In this document: one piece after another, positions 26,513 through 37,373 of the stretch
How positions within the stretch are numbered: position 1 is the stretch's first letter
Layout: every line of letters starts with the position of its first letter
Assembly (NCBI GenBank): GCA_052327205.1
Contig: CM126224.1
Coordinates: 39,990,001-40,054,000, forward strand
Length of the DNA: 64,000 nt
DNA from: Somniosus microcephalus
Taxonomy: Eukaryota
Reading direction: 5' to 3'
Notes under the pieces: model-generated
Told to the model about the DNA's origin: nothing
The model's input: only the letters and a program-made list of their open reading frames with translations
Databases searched by the model: none
Position numbers and translations under genes: made by a program

Positions 26513-28501
26513 TTATTTTTAAATAATAAACACCTGGAGATGATTTAAAGACAGTAATCTATCTCAGAAAGCAAACAATGGTTCTAAATCACTCAATCTT
26601 TCCTTTTGTAATTTATGATATCATTTGGACCCCTCAATCAGATTCTGCTTCTCAACGTCTAATGAGTATTCCTTATGTCCTGCACATTAATGTTTCTTTT
26701 TGCACATTTTTAAACAACCAAACTTGGCCTTTAAACTTTGTCAGCAAATTCAAAATATAAATCAGTGGAATTAAATTCCTCTTTTTTTCAGGAAAAAAAT
26801 GGGAGACTGCCTGTGCCTCCGCATAATTAACGATCTGTCAGTGAAATCATAGGAACATGCGACTTTTAACGTATGATTTCTGGGAATCTGATTTCATTAG
26901 TGGGTCATTAATTCTGAAGAAAAACAGGCATTCTCCCATTTTTCGTCAAAAGAAGAAAAGGGACCCCCATGGTTTAAAATCCAATTATTAACCCCATTCA
27001 CCCCCACCATCAGTACAAGGCTGTGATTATGTTTCGCTGCAGACTGTCTTGTGTTGTGTTTGACACTGGCTTATGGAACTCTCGTTAAGGCGCACACCTT
27101 GTTACAAGATACAAATCATGTAACTCCCAGGGACCATATTCAAAGTGCTGGCGAAGTGTCTATAATGTAATTTAAAACCCCCAAAATCTGGAATAAAGTG
27201 CTTTGGAGCAATAAAGGCACAGGACTGAACAAAAGCTTTGGATCTGACAGTCCTCTTTAAGAGGAATTTATTGGTTCCCACTGGGTGTGCAAGTTTGATA
27301 ATAAAAGAAAGCGCTGCTTCTGGGTGGTTGAATACCAGTGGGGAAATATAAAAATGTACCAAATAAAAGGATTATTAATGCCCATTTAAGGGGCTGGTCA
27401 AACCCCAAAACTTTTTGCTTAAAATAAAATGATATTTTTACAGTTTGGAAATCGAAAACCTCACTCGCAAATTATTCACTCAGAGCAACACAGGACTAAA
27501 CTGTCACCCATCAAGTTAAACGGTGTGATTTACTACATGTACTTTCTCCCCCACCCCGCCTTTTCTGTCACTGTTGCTAGTAGAGGCTAAGGTTAATGCT
27601 CGCAACTGGGTCGACTGGATACTGTTGCGCTCAGACTCGCCAGACCTTTTGCACTCGCCATTCATGTTTTATGACCAGCTTCAAAAAAAGCCCTGTTTTA
27701 TTGCAAGTCAGACCTAGGAAAGGGGGCTTTTTGCTCGATATTTGACACTTCCGAGCAGCATTTTTTTCTTCCTTTGTTTTAAACAAAACACGGCTAAACT
27801 ACACGAGACATTTTCCTGTCGGCGTTGCATGGGGAAAGCATAATACTTTAGTCATATCAATGTATCTTTGATTGGACCCAAGTATATCGTAAACCAGGGG
27901 AGACTTCATTTGGGGTTCTGTCTGTTGTGGCGAGAAGCGAGAAAGCGGGACTTAAAAGGAAAGAATCACCTCCTAATTCTTTCTCCCTGGGTGGTACTTG
28001 CCTTTAATCATTGTCTGGAAATGAACAGGAAAGGACGGGTCATCCCCTGTGTTTGAATTGCATCGCGTTATAGCATAATGTGATCTGTCAACGTGAGTTG
28101 TTTTCTTAAAACCAAGCTGTTTGAGGCATTCGAAAAATACAAAGAACTCCGTTTTTTTTCCCCAAAAAGCCAAAATAAGTTGTGATTTGCATGACAAGCC
28201 TCATTCCCCTCCACCCCCACACCCCAAACAAGAACAACACTGTCCATGGTGGGAGGCTCAGAGATAACGTTAAGCTCCAAATAGGCAGCATCTGTTTTGC
28301 TGGGTTGCCGATCCACTTTTCATACATAGCCTTGCTTGACAACAAAAGAAAACAGATACAGACACAAAAAGCGCTACCTTACAGAGGTCCAAACGGTTCA
28401 AACCGCAATATTAGTTTCTGCTCTGACCAAAATGTGAGCTTTATCACAGTCTGCGAGCAAAGCTGTCTCATTTCCACAGTGCGAACTTACCTAAAATGGG
28501 A

Positions 28502-28742
28502 AATAACAACAGAAAACGCTGGAAAAACTCAGCAGGCCAGGCAACATCCGTGGAGAGAGAAACAGAGTCAACGTTTCAGGTCGAAACCCTTCTACAGAAC
28601 TGTACAGGTTCTGTGGAAGGGTTTCGACCCGAAACATTAACTCTGTTTCTCGCTCCACAGATGTTGCCTGGCCTGCTGAGTTTTTCCAGCGTTTTCTGTT
28701 GTTATTTCGGATTTCCTGCATCCGCAGTATTTTGCTATCATA
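28502..28742. mobile_element. Penelope-like element palindromic insertion (inverted terminal-repeat pair)
   Basis: Arms of about 100 bp fold back around ~28603; the right arm carries an extra tail ending ttttgctatc. Perfect 15-bp TSD ttacctaaaatggga at 28487-28501 and 28743-28757. Confidence 0.9.
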
Positions 28743-29914
28743 TTACCTAAAATGGGATCGGTTTTCCCAACGTGAGCTCTCGTCACAAACCGAACACATT
28801 TCAGCCTCAGCTTGCAAACCTCATGGATTGGAGACCTGAGCATTGGATCTTAGGTCCCTACAGTCCGAGCAAAGATCGCACTGCTGGTCGTTATGGTCCC
28901 GCTTAGAGCGCCCACCGCCAAACAAAATGGCAGCTCAGAGTATCCCGGCTGCCAGTGCCAGTGTTGGTGCTATGTCTCCAGTAGCACAGGAACAAGCCGC
29001 AGCTTGAGCTGGAGGCTTTAGAGTTTGTAGAGTGCTGCAGTTGGAGTTGGACCTGTGCTGTAAGATAATTACACAGTGAAGCAGTTCAGATACTGGTTTG
29101 AGTTCAGAAATATTATGCTTTATTAGTGTAAGAAACTCTTCAAAAATTGACAATGTCTGCAAGCTTATTGCAGCCGCCATGGCTATCTCGACTAGGGGGA
29201 AGCAATTTAATGTCTCTAAAGTAGGGGATCAACCAGTACGGATGCCCTTGATAGATAATCATATATTGGGTCTGGTTGAAGGATGGTTTAATGGGCTGAA
29301 TGGCCTCTTCCCACTCTGGATTTTCTTATGTTATTTCTTAACCACTCTTAAGGTGAGTTTGAAGAGTGGGAAGACAAACAAAACTTGACTAGTAATAACA
29401 GGTGTTCCATCAGTAATATTGAGGGTACATTTAAAAATCAAGTGTTAGAGAAGTTCTGCTGTAATGTCCCACACAAAATAAACTTTAGCAAATAACCTCT
29501 TCTGCTTCTCCATTCTCTAACAGTATGTGACATGTATTAGTTCTATTCCCCAATGTCAGAAATAGTTCTGCCTCCTCCCATTTTCTCCGCTCCTATCCGG
29601 AACGGGTTGGGACACGGTTCCACTGATGTTCGGAGCCCCCCCCCACTTCACTACATCTTCCCAAGTGGCCATTCGATATGTGTGAGCCTTGACAGTTAGT
29701 GTCAGTCCGGTGTTTAATCATGGAGTGAATCGTAGCCAAGCCCCATTCTGTCCTCCCCTGGTCCCCACACATTCACTTTAACAACAGGAGTCACTGCATA
29801 GTGATTAGGAGAGCAAACCCCACTTGATTTATTTCCCCCATGCCCATCCAATTGTCTCACCTCAGATGAACAAATTCAACTCAGACCAGTGATCAAACAT
29901 GCCCCAATCCAACA

Positions 29915-30300
29915 GTGAAGCACATAAGCTAGGCTGACACTTCAGTACTGTACCAGGGGAGCACTGCATTGTCAGAGATGCTGTCTTTTGAATGAAAGCA
30001 TTAAACCGAGGCCCCAACTGGCTGTTCAGGTGGACATAAAAACGTCCCATGACACAATTCAAAGAGACAAAGCGTTCTCCCAGTGTCCTGGACAACATTT
30101 GTCCCTCAGCCAAAACCATCAAAAAATCAGACCATTTATAGCATTTGCTGTTTGTAGAATCTTGCTGTGCGCAAATTGACTGCCGTATTTGCCTAGAAAA
30201 CAACAGTGACTACACTTCAAAAGCTTAATTCATTGGCTGTAAATTGCATTAAAATATCCCGTGGATGCAAAAAGCACTCTGTAAATGCAAGTCTTTCTTT
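29915..30300 (+). mobile_element. DeuSINE (SacSINE1-like) fragment
   Basis: Reverse-complement match to the element at 40110-40563. Other partial copies at ~16930-17220, 24090-24300, 25060-25335, 32010-32190 and 33345-33745. Confidence 0.7.
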
Positions 30301-30870
30301 TATGGACCTTCTGATCTGTATGGTCAAAGTGTTCAGAAACAGCTTCAGTAAATCGTTTAATTGTATCTGGAAAGCAGAATTATGACATTTCTACAAATGG
30401 ACTAGGCAGGCTGAGTAGAAACACTGATGTCTATTCAACTCTGGATGGTTCTGGGCAACCAGTTACTGAGAAACGGTAGCTCTGTTTGCCTAATGAGCCA
30501 GACCTAAAATGGGGCTGGTATTTGATTAATTGTGGATGTAGAAAGACCTACTGATGGTTCTGAATGCAGTTTAGGAAAGTACAATGCTAACCTATTTGTT
30601 TTAGAATTCATTTTAGCTCAGCTGATCTTGCAGTCAAGGACATAATCTCCAGATGCTCGGTGGGGGGGTGGCGTGGCAGACTTTGGTGCCAGGAATGGGC
30701 AGACTTTGGTGCCAGAAATCTGCAAACTTTATGATATACAGTTTGAAATATGGTTCGCAAAGTATCAGAAGGGAACAAAAACCAAAAACACGTACAAATC
30801 ACCCAGATATGCCACAGGAAACTCCATGATGATGTTACCGTCTCTGCAGGTATGCCAGTGGCATGGAGAC

Positions 30871-31355
30871 GGTGGCATAGTGGGTATGTTACTGGACTAG
30901 TAATCCAGAGGCCTGAACCAATGATCCAGAGACGTAAGTTCAAATCCCACCACCGCAGCTGGGGAGTTTAATTTCAATTAAATAAATTTGGAAAAGTATC
31001 AGTAATGGTGACCATGAAACTATCCTGACGAAGGAGCAGCGCTCCGAAAGCTTGTGATTTCAAATAAAGCTGTTGGACTATAACCTGGTGTTGTGTGACT
31101 TCTTACATGAAACTACCAGATTGTCGTAAAAACCCATCTGGTTCACTAATGTCCTTTAGAGAAGGAAATCTGCCGTCCTTACTCCAGAGCCGCAGCAATG
31201 TGGTTGACTCTTAACTGCCCTCTGAGATGGCCTAACAAGCCACTCAGTTGTCGTCAAAAAGGTGGCTCACCACCACCTTCAAGGGCAATTAGGGATGGGC
31301 AATAAATGCTGGCCTTGCCGATGACACCAATATTCCGTGAATGAATTTTAAAAAA
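30871..31355 (+). mobile_element. tRNA-derived SINE (same family as 8781-9243) interrupted by a hammerhead mini-element
   Basis: Colinear with 8781-9243 apart from the 31023-31105 insertion. Confidence 0.85.
31023..31105 (+). mobile_element. 83-nt terminal fragment of a second PLE-like family: hammerhead motif plus AATAAA
   Basis: Reads CTGACGAaggagc-agc-gctccGAAAGCTT, then AATAAA. Perfect 10-bp TSD catgaaacta at 31013-31022 and 31106-31115. Confidence 0.8.
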
Positions 31356-31633
31356 GGATAGTTTGTAACCGTTCCACCATTTGGTTCTGCTTTCAACAGT
31401 CACTGGTATTTCCATCACTGTGTTGGCAAGAGGCTTGGCTCAACATAAGGCAGCCTGAGCCAGCATAATTTGGCACTGCACAGGTATTTTCTGTACTCTG
31501 TCCTCAACTCTAATTAAATACGTTCAGCATCTTTGGCTAGATTTGCAAAATAGATATGTAGTCACTTGGCCGTAGAGTGCTTTCCTATTCATGTTATTAA
31601 CAAATAAATTAATGTAAGTGTACTTACCTTCAG

Positions 31634-31747
31634 GTGTGCAAGACTAGGGTCATCGACTTGTCGGACGGAGTGGCTCAGTATGCCTGGTTCCCATGTCTGG
31701 AAGCGTTTCACAGCAATCCATTCTACAGAGCAAAATACTGGCTAAAG
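31634..31747 (+). CDS. PAPPA: PAPPA internal coding exon C (VCKTRVIDLSDGVAQYAWFPCLEAFHSNPFYRAKYWLK)
   Basis: ttcag| acceptor and |gtagga donor; 114 nt, phase 0-0. Homologous to human VCRTKVIDLSEGISQHAWYPC...FWLR. Not listed in the ORF track; translated by hand. Confidence 0.95.
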
Positions 31748-32499
31748 GTAGGAAGATTACATTGGCGGGCCTGAAACGGATCCTAAAGCAGAGCTAACAC
31801 ATTGTACTCCAAGTGACAGCAAACAATTTTTCATAATTATATTTCAGCACACCCCTCCCCACCCCAACTCTCTCACCTCATATCTTGATGGTGCTGCCTC
31901 ATACTGTGGAATAATTTCACCATTCTCTACCTAGTTGGCCCAGCTTTACCAGGCTATGTGACCACGAGGAGCCAAGCTCTCTCCTGAACCAACACCCGCA
32001 CTTTAAAGCAGGAATCATTCTGGTCATTATCTCATTGCTGTACGTGGGATCTTGCTGTGTGCAAGTTGGCTTCCACGTTTCCTACATTACAACAGTGGCT
32101 ACACTTGTAAAAGTATTTTATTGGCTGTAAAGTGCTTTGGGATGCCCTGTGGTCATGAAAGGCGCTATGTAAATGCAAGATATTCTTTTTTTTTAGCAGC
32201 TATAAACAGAAACTCTGTCCTATTTTTGCCCTCGTCCCTCACCTGGCAAGCACCCCTACCACCACTGAACCTGAAATCAGCTAATTCAGCACAGGCCACG
32301 GGTCAAATCTGGGACCTTCCTGGCCAACATGGCTCAGTTCCATCTGAGGCAGTGAACTTACCCATCAGTTATTGGGAGAACACCTAATCATTAATTTCAG
32401 AACATAACTTAAATGTGGACAGAATTTTTTAAAATATGCCCATAATTTTTTTTAAATCTTAAAAAAAGCTATGGCGACTGCAGTACAGTGACTTTCGAA

Positions 32500-32945
32500 C
32501 TTTTCAGTGTGACCCCCAGCAAATACTGACACACTCCCAGGGACATGCTCACAGGGACACATTACAACTACTGACATACACATAGGGACTTCTGCAAATA
32601 CTGACGCACTCACAAATATATTCTACAAATACAAACACACTCACAGGGACACGCAATAATTACTGACACACTCCCAAGGGCTTATTACAAACACTGGCAC
32701 ACTCCCAGGGACCAACGTTCCCGCTATGCTGCGCGGCCGGGCAGTGGTCTGGAGGTCCCACGCAGGCTGCTCACGGGCTTTTCAATGTAAATAACCACGC
32801 ATGCGTGCAAAATTGAATGGACTGTGCAACCAGTTAAAGGGCTTTCGCACCACCAAAAAAATGACAGGGAACATTGCTAGGGACCCCTGTTAAAACTGAC
32901 ACACTCATGGAAATGTGCTACGAATACTGACACACTCCCGGCGAC
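32500..32945. repeat. Degenerate ~33-bp minisatellite (caaatactgacacactcccagggac-like units)
   Basis: Repeated tactgacacactc motif on both sides of the hAT MITE. Confidence 0.7.
32713..32876. mobile_element. hAT-type MITE
   Basis: TIRs caacgttccc and gggaacattg; 8-bp TSD ccagggac / ctagggac with one mismatch. Confidence 0.75.
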
Positions 32946-33846
32946 ATGAGAATAGACCTCTGAAAGGCAGCATTTGCTACTCGAAAGGAATCATGTCCAT
33001 CAATCTGGAAAATGTGTTTTTTTTTACTAGTATGTCACTACAGAAGTCAACAAATAAAGAAATTGGATGACCCCGTTGATTCTCTGGGATATTCTTGAAG
33101 ACCCGCTGCAGTCTTGAAACCTCATTATAAAACCCTATGATTTATTACACCAATAAGCAGAGCAATAGCTGACAGCATTTCATAATGGGCGAAGGCAGTG
33201 GCCAAGAGCATTATTTTTCAATCAGTGGCCCTTTTATCAGATGGGAAGCAGTAATCTGTCATCCAAGTAGCATCAAATTGTAGCTTGTATCAAGAAATCC
33301 TAAACATATTCAGCCATTTTAGGCAGACTGCAAGAACTAAAGAAAGGAATTGAATTTATATAGCATCTTATCACATCCTTAGGATATCCCAAAGCGCTTT
33401 ACAGCCAATAGATTACTTTTGTGAAGTACAATCACCAATCACAGTTGTTAAGCATGCAAACATGGCAGCCAAATTTGTGCACAAAAAAGTCCCACAAATA
33501 GAAAATGACCAAATAATTTGTTTTTAGTATTGTTTGTTGAGGAACATGGCTGGCCAGGAAACCGGGCAAAATCCATGCTATTCTTGAAATAGTAACACGG
33601 GACCCTTTACATCCACAGACAGGGTCTTGGTTTAATATCTTACCTGAAAGACAGCACCTCCGCCAATACAGCACTCCCTCAGCATTGTACGAATGTGCCA
33701 GCCTAGATTATTTACTCAAGTCTGTAGTGGGCTTGAACCCACAGCTCACAGTTTGAGAGTTGAGCAAGCAACTCTCCATTGTTTTGCCTGCTGATGCCAA
33801 TCAATGGGCGAGAATGGACATCATTTCTCACATGAAAACTCATCAC

Positions 33847-34808
33847 TTAATGACATTTCAACATTTTTGTCACTGGGCAATTATATACAAATACAGACAT
33901 GAGACGTGACACTATGTAGACCAGAAGATCTCAAGTTCAGTGGTTGGTCTATGCTGAGCTAATTGATCTTAGCCAGAATGCTTCAAGTGGCCCCAACTCC
34001 CCTACCCTACCCTACCCTAAGGAGTGGAGAAATCGGCCAGGGATTCTGCTCCTGATCATTACCCCGTAACTCTGTTGGTCAGCTCGTGCGTGGATGGATA
34101 GTATGCTTGACTGCGATGTCCTCTGCACTTGAATAGCCTGGCACCATTCACCATGAAGACTGATCACTTGGCGGAGGTACCAGAGCTGGAGAATGAGGAA
34201 CCTTCAGGATTGGGGGTGGGGAGGTTGGCAAAAAGAAAATTGATAAGCTACTGAAAAGATGTTTGGAAGAAGATTTATTTTCCAAAAGATATACAATGTG
34301 ATAATGCTACAGTTTCACAGTTGTGTCTGAACAGGTTTGTTACTTAAAAAACACAAACAAACCTATTAAATATATTGCGATAGCAAAATACTGCAGATGT
34401 TGGAAATCTGAAATAACAACAGAAAATGCTGGAAAAACTCAGCAGGTCAGGCAACATCTGTGGAGAGAAATTTGAGTTGACGTTTCGGGTCGAACCCTTC
34501 TTCATGAATGGTGCCAGGCTATTCAAGTGCAGAGGACATCGCAGTCAAGCATACTATCCATCAACACACAAGCTGACCAACAGAGTTACGGGGTAATGAT
34601 CAGGAGCAGAATCCCTGGCCGATTTCTCCACTCCTTAGGGTAGGGTAGGGTAGGGGAGTTGGGGCCACTTGAAGCATTCTGCCTAAGATCAATTAGCTCA
34701 GCATGGACCAACCACTGAACTTGAGATCTTCTGGCCTACATAGGGTCACATCTCATGTCTGTATTTGTATGTAATTGCCCAGTGACAAAAATGTTGAAAT
34801 GTCATTAA
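33847..34808. repeat. Long inverted repeat with arms 33847-34150 and 34505-34808
   Basis: About 304-bp arms with 9 substitutions by my count (~97% identity), including a shared private (cctac)n tract and non-SINE flank. Confidence 0.95.
34377..34504 (-). mobile_element. Penelope-like terminal repeat (tail through hammerhead)
   Basis: gatagcaaaatactgcagatg...gacgtttcgggtcgaacccttcttca, same family as 28502-28742 and 23656-24037. Confidence 0.88.
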
Positions 34809-34959
34809 ATATATTATTGTTAATGTGAAATAAAGACAATTGGAGCATGACACACTATGTCGCTGGAGCAGAGAAATCTGTTGACTTTTATAGTGCTTTC
34901 CCCACCTCCCCCCTCCTTCTTAACCAAATGCTAATCTTTATCTTTTTCTCTCTAATGAG

Positions 34960-35095
34960 GCCTACTTCGCTCAACCCATGGTTGCTGCCGCTGTTATTGT
35001 CCACCTGGCTACTGATGGAAGTAGTCTCATGGATCAAAGGCAAGAATCAATCGCAGTTCAGTTGGTTGACACAAAGGATCAGAATCACGACCTGG
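34960..35095 (+). CDS. PAPPA: PAPPA internal coding exon D (AYFAQPMVAAAVIVHLATDGSSLMDQRQESIAVQLVDTKDQNHDL)
   Basis: 136 nt, |gtaagt donor, acceptor tgag| (GAG) after a pyrimidine tract with a CTAAT branch motif. Homologous to human AYFSQPMVAAAVIVHLVTDG...VQLLDTKDQSHDLG. Confidence 0.95.
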
Positions 35096-36141
35096 GTAAG
35101 TCTTTTTCTTTTTGAAACTCAAAGGATCATATTTAGAAAGGATGTAGTTATCTCCGAGCCTGAAGGAAGTTCAAACGGCTCAATTAGTGGAGTGGTCCGT
35201 GTACTGAGGATCAGCACCACGAGGATACACTTCGGGAATGACTCAAACAAAGACCAGCAACTGAAAAGGGTGAAAGGAAAACCAAGTGAGGCAATCTCAC
35301 ACACACACATCTTTGCTTCCTTCAAAAGATAATCTCATGCCGTGTCTTTAAAATGCGCAAAGCTCTTTCTCAGTAAAAGCACACATCCACAATCAGGTTC
35401 TTTTCCCTGCTTGCCTTTGAGTTCTACTTAGTGCTCTTTCTTTCTCCTGAGTTAATTTTATTTAGGTGCTTTTATATTGTCACACCTTTTTCCGAGAGCT
35501 CACAGCTCTCCACCTGGTGCCATCCACTGGCCTCTGCTACTGCTGAAACGAGAGAAGTCTGGCCCTGTTATAATTTCAAGTATAGCCGACAGTGTGAAAA
35601 AGCTGTGCATTTGCTGTTGACTGTACTTTCAACACGTAAAAGCACCTTTTTTTATGGTCCAGTTATACTGTAGCTTTTGCATCTATGCAACAGTTTTCAC
35701 ATCGCAATGACACAAAACCTGCACTATTACTGGGGCAAATTCTGGCAAATAGAGAGAAGCCTTCTTGAATCTCATAGTAACTGCCACCTCTGTGTCCCCT
35801 GACCAGACCTGGCAGTATAACTCTGCGCTGCTGACTCACAACACTCTGAAGAACACATTTATACACCAACTGTGACTTTGCAGCAAAGCAGTCCATGCTC
35901 CACTGTGATGCTAAAACTGGAGTGTAAACAAGGATTTATCCATGCCAAATCCCAACAGGTCATAGCCGAGCAGCAGAAATGAAACCCCCAGCAGCCTTGG
36001 AGCTCACCCCCAAACTTCAGAACACAAGTCTTTTGTAGCTCAGGTTTAGAAGTACAGAGTAGCAGGTGTCCATCTCTCGATGTCGAAGATGTGAGAATGT
36101 CCAACAGCTTCACACTGATTTCAAAAACCAGGAAGTCATAT

Positions 36142-36345
36142 CTGGAACTCTCTCCCCCAAAAAACTGTTGAGGCTGAGGGTCGATTGAAACTTTCAAACC
36201 TGAGATTGATAGATTTTTGTTAGGCAAGGGTATTAAGGCTAACGGAACCAAGGCGGTTAGGCGGAGTTCAGATACAGATCAGCCATGATCTAATTGAATA
36301 GCAGAACAGGCTCGCGCGGCTGAATGGCCAACTCCTGTTCCTATG
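36142..36345 (+). mobile_element. CR1 3' end fragment
   Basis: ctggaactctctccccc...gatagatttttg...gatcagccatgatc...cctgttcctatg. Confidence 0.75.
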
Positions 36346-37159
36346 TTTGGAGTAGCCAAAACTGGCTAACTCCGCAGCGATTCCCTCTTAGTTCATGTTG
36401 TGAAGTGTAAATGCACCCTTAAACAGGTACTGGTGTAAAACCAGTATCTGCAGTACAACAAGACTGTAAAGCTCAAATTCTTTTCTTTTCCATTGAGGTG
36501 CAGTTAATACTGCGTTGCACCAAGGGCAGCAATGCGAGTAAGGAAAATAAACCATTCTTAATTAGTAGGTCACAGATGTGAATGGGGGAGGTGACACACA
36601 TGTTTGGAAAGGATACTTTTAATAGAATATCTGCTTGCTGTAAAACCAATTGTAAAAGCGTTCAGTTGCCTACAATGCTTTCCATGCTCTCGGCCTGTGG
36701 TTTTGAAGCTTTTCTGTGTAGGGGACCCCTTGCAAACATTGACCCAATTGCAGAGACCATCTGTTCTAACTTCTGAATGCTACCCAAAGGAAAAGAGTGC
36801 GATCACTGCGGAAAAGGTTTTGTTTAATTAGTACACATCAAAAACTGGTATGATATAAAATATAACAATCTGATGACAAATGGGTAGGTCTCTTTATCTT
36901 GTGGAATACCAGTACGAAAACCTATGTTGCATATCACTGGTCCGGTGAAGATAAAGGTTTTATTTTCGTAAGCACGCTAACTGAAAAATTGTGATAGAAA
37001 TACTCGGTCTTTTAAAATGCATCAATAAAAACATTTTCTCCTTTTTATTATTGCTGTCTAAACGTATTTTTTTTGAATGAAAATTTGCAGTTGCAAAGAT
37101 TGAAATGCCTTGCTGATCTTTAATGACCAGTGTTTGTCTCTCGCCTTTGTTTTCTGCAG

Positions 37160-37373
37160 GAATGCATCTTTTGAACTGCAGGAACAACCCCCTCGTTATC
37201 CCTGTCATTCACGACCTCAGTCAGCCATTCTACAGGACCACAGCCATCCTAATTACCTTCCATTCACTGTACGTTGCCATCTCTGGGGTGGCCCTGCGCT
37301 CCTTCCACAACTTTGACCCCATTACAATTAGCAGCTGCCAAAGCAGTGAGATGTACAACCCCACGGAGCAGAG
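37160..37373 (+). CDS. PAPPA: PAPPA internal coding exon E (GMHLLNCRNNPLVIPVIHDLSQPFYRTTAILITFHSLYVAISGVALRSFHNFDPITISSCQSSEMYNPTEQ)
   Basis: tgcag| acceptor and |gtgagc donor; 214 nt. Homologous to human GLHVLSCRNNPLIIPVVHDLSQPFY...AISGVALRSFDNFDP. Confidence 0.97.

Noticed and set aside
34847-35332. 161-aa ORF overlapping exon D
   Set aside because: It is in a different frame from the PAPPA-homologous reading and crosses splice sites.
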